Shown: piece by piece, positions 63,345 through 64,000 of the stretch
Numbering within the stretch: position 1 is the stretch's first letter
Layout: each line of letters begins with the position of its first letter
Origin: Vulcanimicrobiota bacterium
Lineage (GTDB): Bacteria; Vulcanimicrobiota; Vulcanimicrobiia; Eremiobacterales; Eremiobacteraceae
DNA length: 64,000 bases
Direction: 5' to 3'
Assembly (NCBI GenBank): GCA_963805945.1
Contig: CAWDVP010000001.1
Span: 1-64,000, forward strand
The notes under the pieces: generated by a model
Told to the model about the DNA's origin: nothing
Databases searched by the model: none
What the model saw: only the letters and a program-made list of their open reading frames with translations
Translations under genes and position numbers: made by a program

Positions 63345-64000
63345 ATGAGGAGTTCTCCCGCACGCGTTTTCGCGCGCGCGCTGGCATGCTTGCTGGCGGC
63401 GCTCTGCATCAGCGTACTCGTTTCGCCGGCGCGAGCCGCTTCGGGCAGCGCCTCTTTCGCCCAACTCGTCGCGCAATATCTCAGCGAGTCCGAAGCGCGC
63501 GATCCTCTGTTCGCGGGGAGCATCGGCGTCCACACGTATGACGACAAACTGCCTGATCTGTCGCCGTCTGGCGTTGAGGACTCGTACCGCTGGGAGCGCG
63601 GGTGGCGCGCACGCTTCGCCGTGCTGAGCCCCGAAGTCCTGAGTCCGGGCGAGCGCGCCGACCGCCAGGCGCTGCTCGACAGCATGGATGCGGACCTGCT
63701 CGAGTCGACGACCGTGCGCCCCTACAACACCGATCCCGGGATCTACACCGGCGCGATCGGGGACGCGGTGTTTCAGCTCACCGGCCGTGATTTTGCACCG
63801 CTTGATCAGCGCTTGGGCTATGTCGTCAAGCGCCTGCCCGGGATCCCCGATCTCGTCCGCGCGGCTGAGGCCGCGTTGACCCATCCGACGCCTGCCGCCG
63901 CCGCGCTTGCGATTCAGCAGAATCAGGGCAACATCGATCTGTACGAGCACGACCTCGTCGAGCTAGCCAAGAGCGCCTCGCCGAAGACCCGCGCCGCGAT
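63345..64000 (+). CDS. DUF885 family secreted protein, N-terminal part (runs off the window end)
   Basis: Signal peptide; DPLFAGSIGVHTYDDKLPDLS; RDFAPLDQRL..RL..IP. Confidence 0.8.
   Translation, partial: MRSSPARVFARALACLLAALCISVLVSPARAASGSASFAQLVAQYLSESEARDPLFAGSIGVHTYDDKLPDLSPSGVEDSYRWERGWRARFAVLSPEVLSPGERADRQALLDSMDADLLESTTVRPYNTDPGIYTGAIGDAVFQLTGRDFAPLDQRLGYVVKRLPGIPDLVRAAEAALTHPTPAAAALAIQQNQGNIDLYEHDLVELAKSASPKTRAA

Overview
GC-rich bacterial chromosome segment. The gene content and lineage-type secreted proteins suggest Ca. Eremiobacterota/Vulcanimicrobiota, but this is a weak inference. Indel-type frameshifts are frequent at ~1-16.9 kb, ~30-42.9 kb and ~48.8 kb, and they also hit conserved housekeeping genes (ribF, truB, rimP). 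I read them as sequencing/assembly errors rather than pseudogenes, so coordinates of split genes are approximate. Main blocks: (1) kbl, a GH125 glycosidase and an MFS transporter; (2) a co-oriented minus-strand metal/envelope run at 12059->3093: DtxR/IdeR-type repressor with a TTAGG-N4-CCTAA operator, an apparent two-domain multicopper oxidase-ZIP transporter fusion, TlpA, an M48 protease, RcnA-like and NiCoT Ni/Co transporters and a TPR protein; (3) S9 peptidase, add, DUF1028 and tRNA-fMet; (4) an accessory block after the tRNA with an output-less CHASE2 protein, a DUF928-like protein, an exported PDZ-TPR-CHAT caspase-like protease, an orphan secreted protein and ArsR-SRPBCC-VOC genes; (5) a Liv-type ABC transporter, an aldo/keto reductase, a Ser/Thr dehydratase and a second S9 peptidase; (6) pxpBCA-rimP-(ICMT)-nusA-ylxR-infB-(TPR-like)-rbfA-nrnA-truB-ribF; (7) DUF255, a phytoene-desaturase-family oxidoreductase, DUF1800/DUF1501, a PQQ sugar dehydrogenase, two divergent small Cys-rich proteins, HhH-GPD and DUF885. 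Two families of dispersed REP-like palindromes sit at gene 3' ends. The best candidates for undescribed systems are the putatively iron-regulated MCO-ZIP fusion and the extracytoplasmic CHAT/CHASE2/DUF928-like module. No CRISPR array, integrase or transposase was seen.
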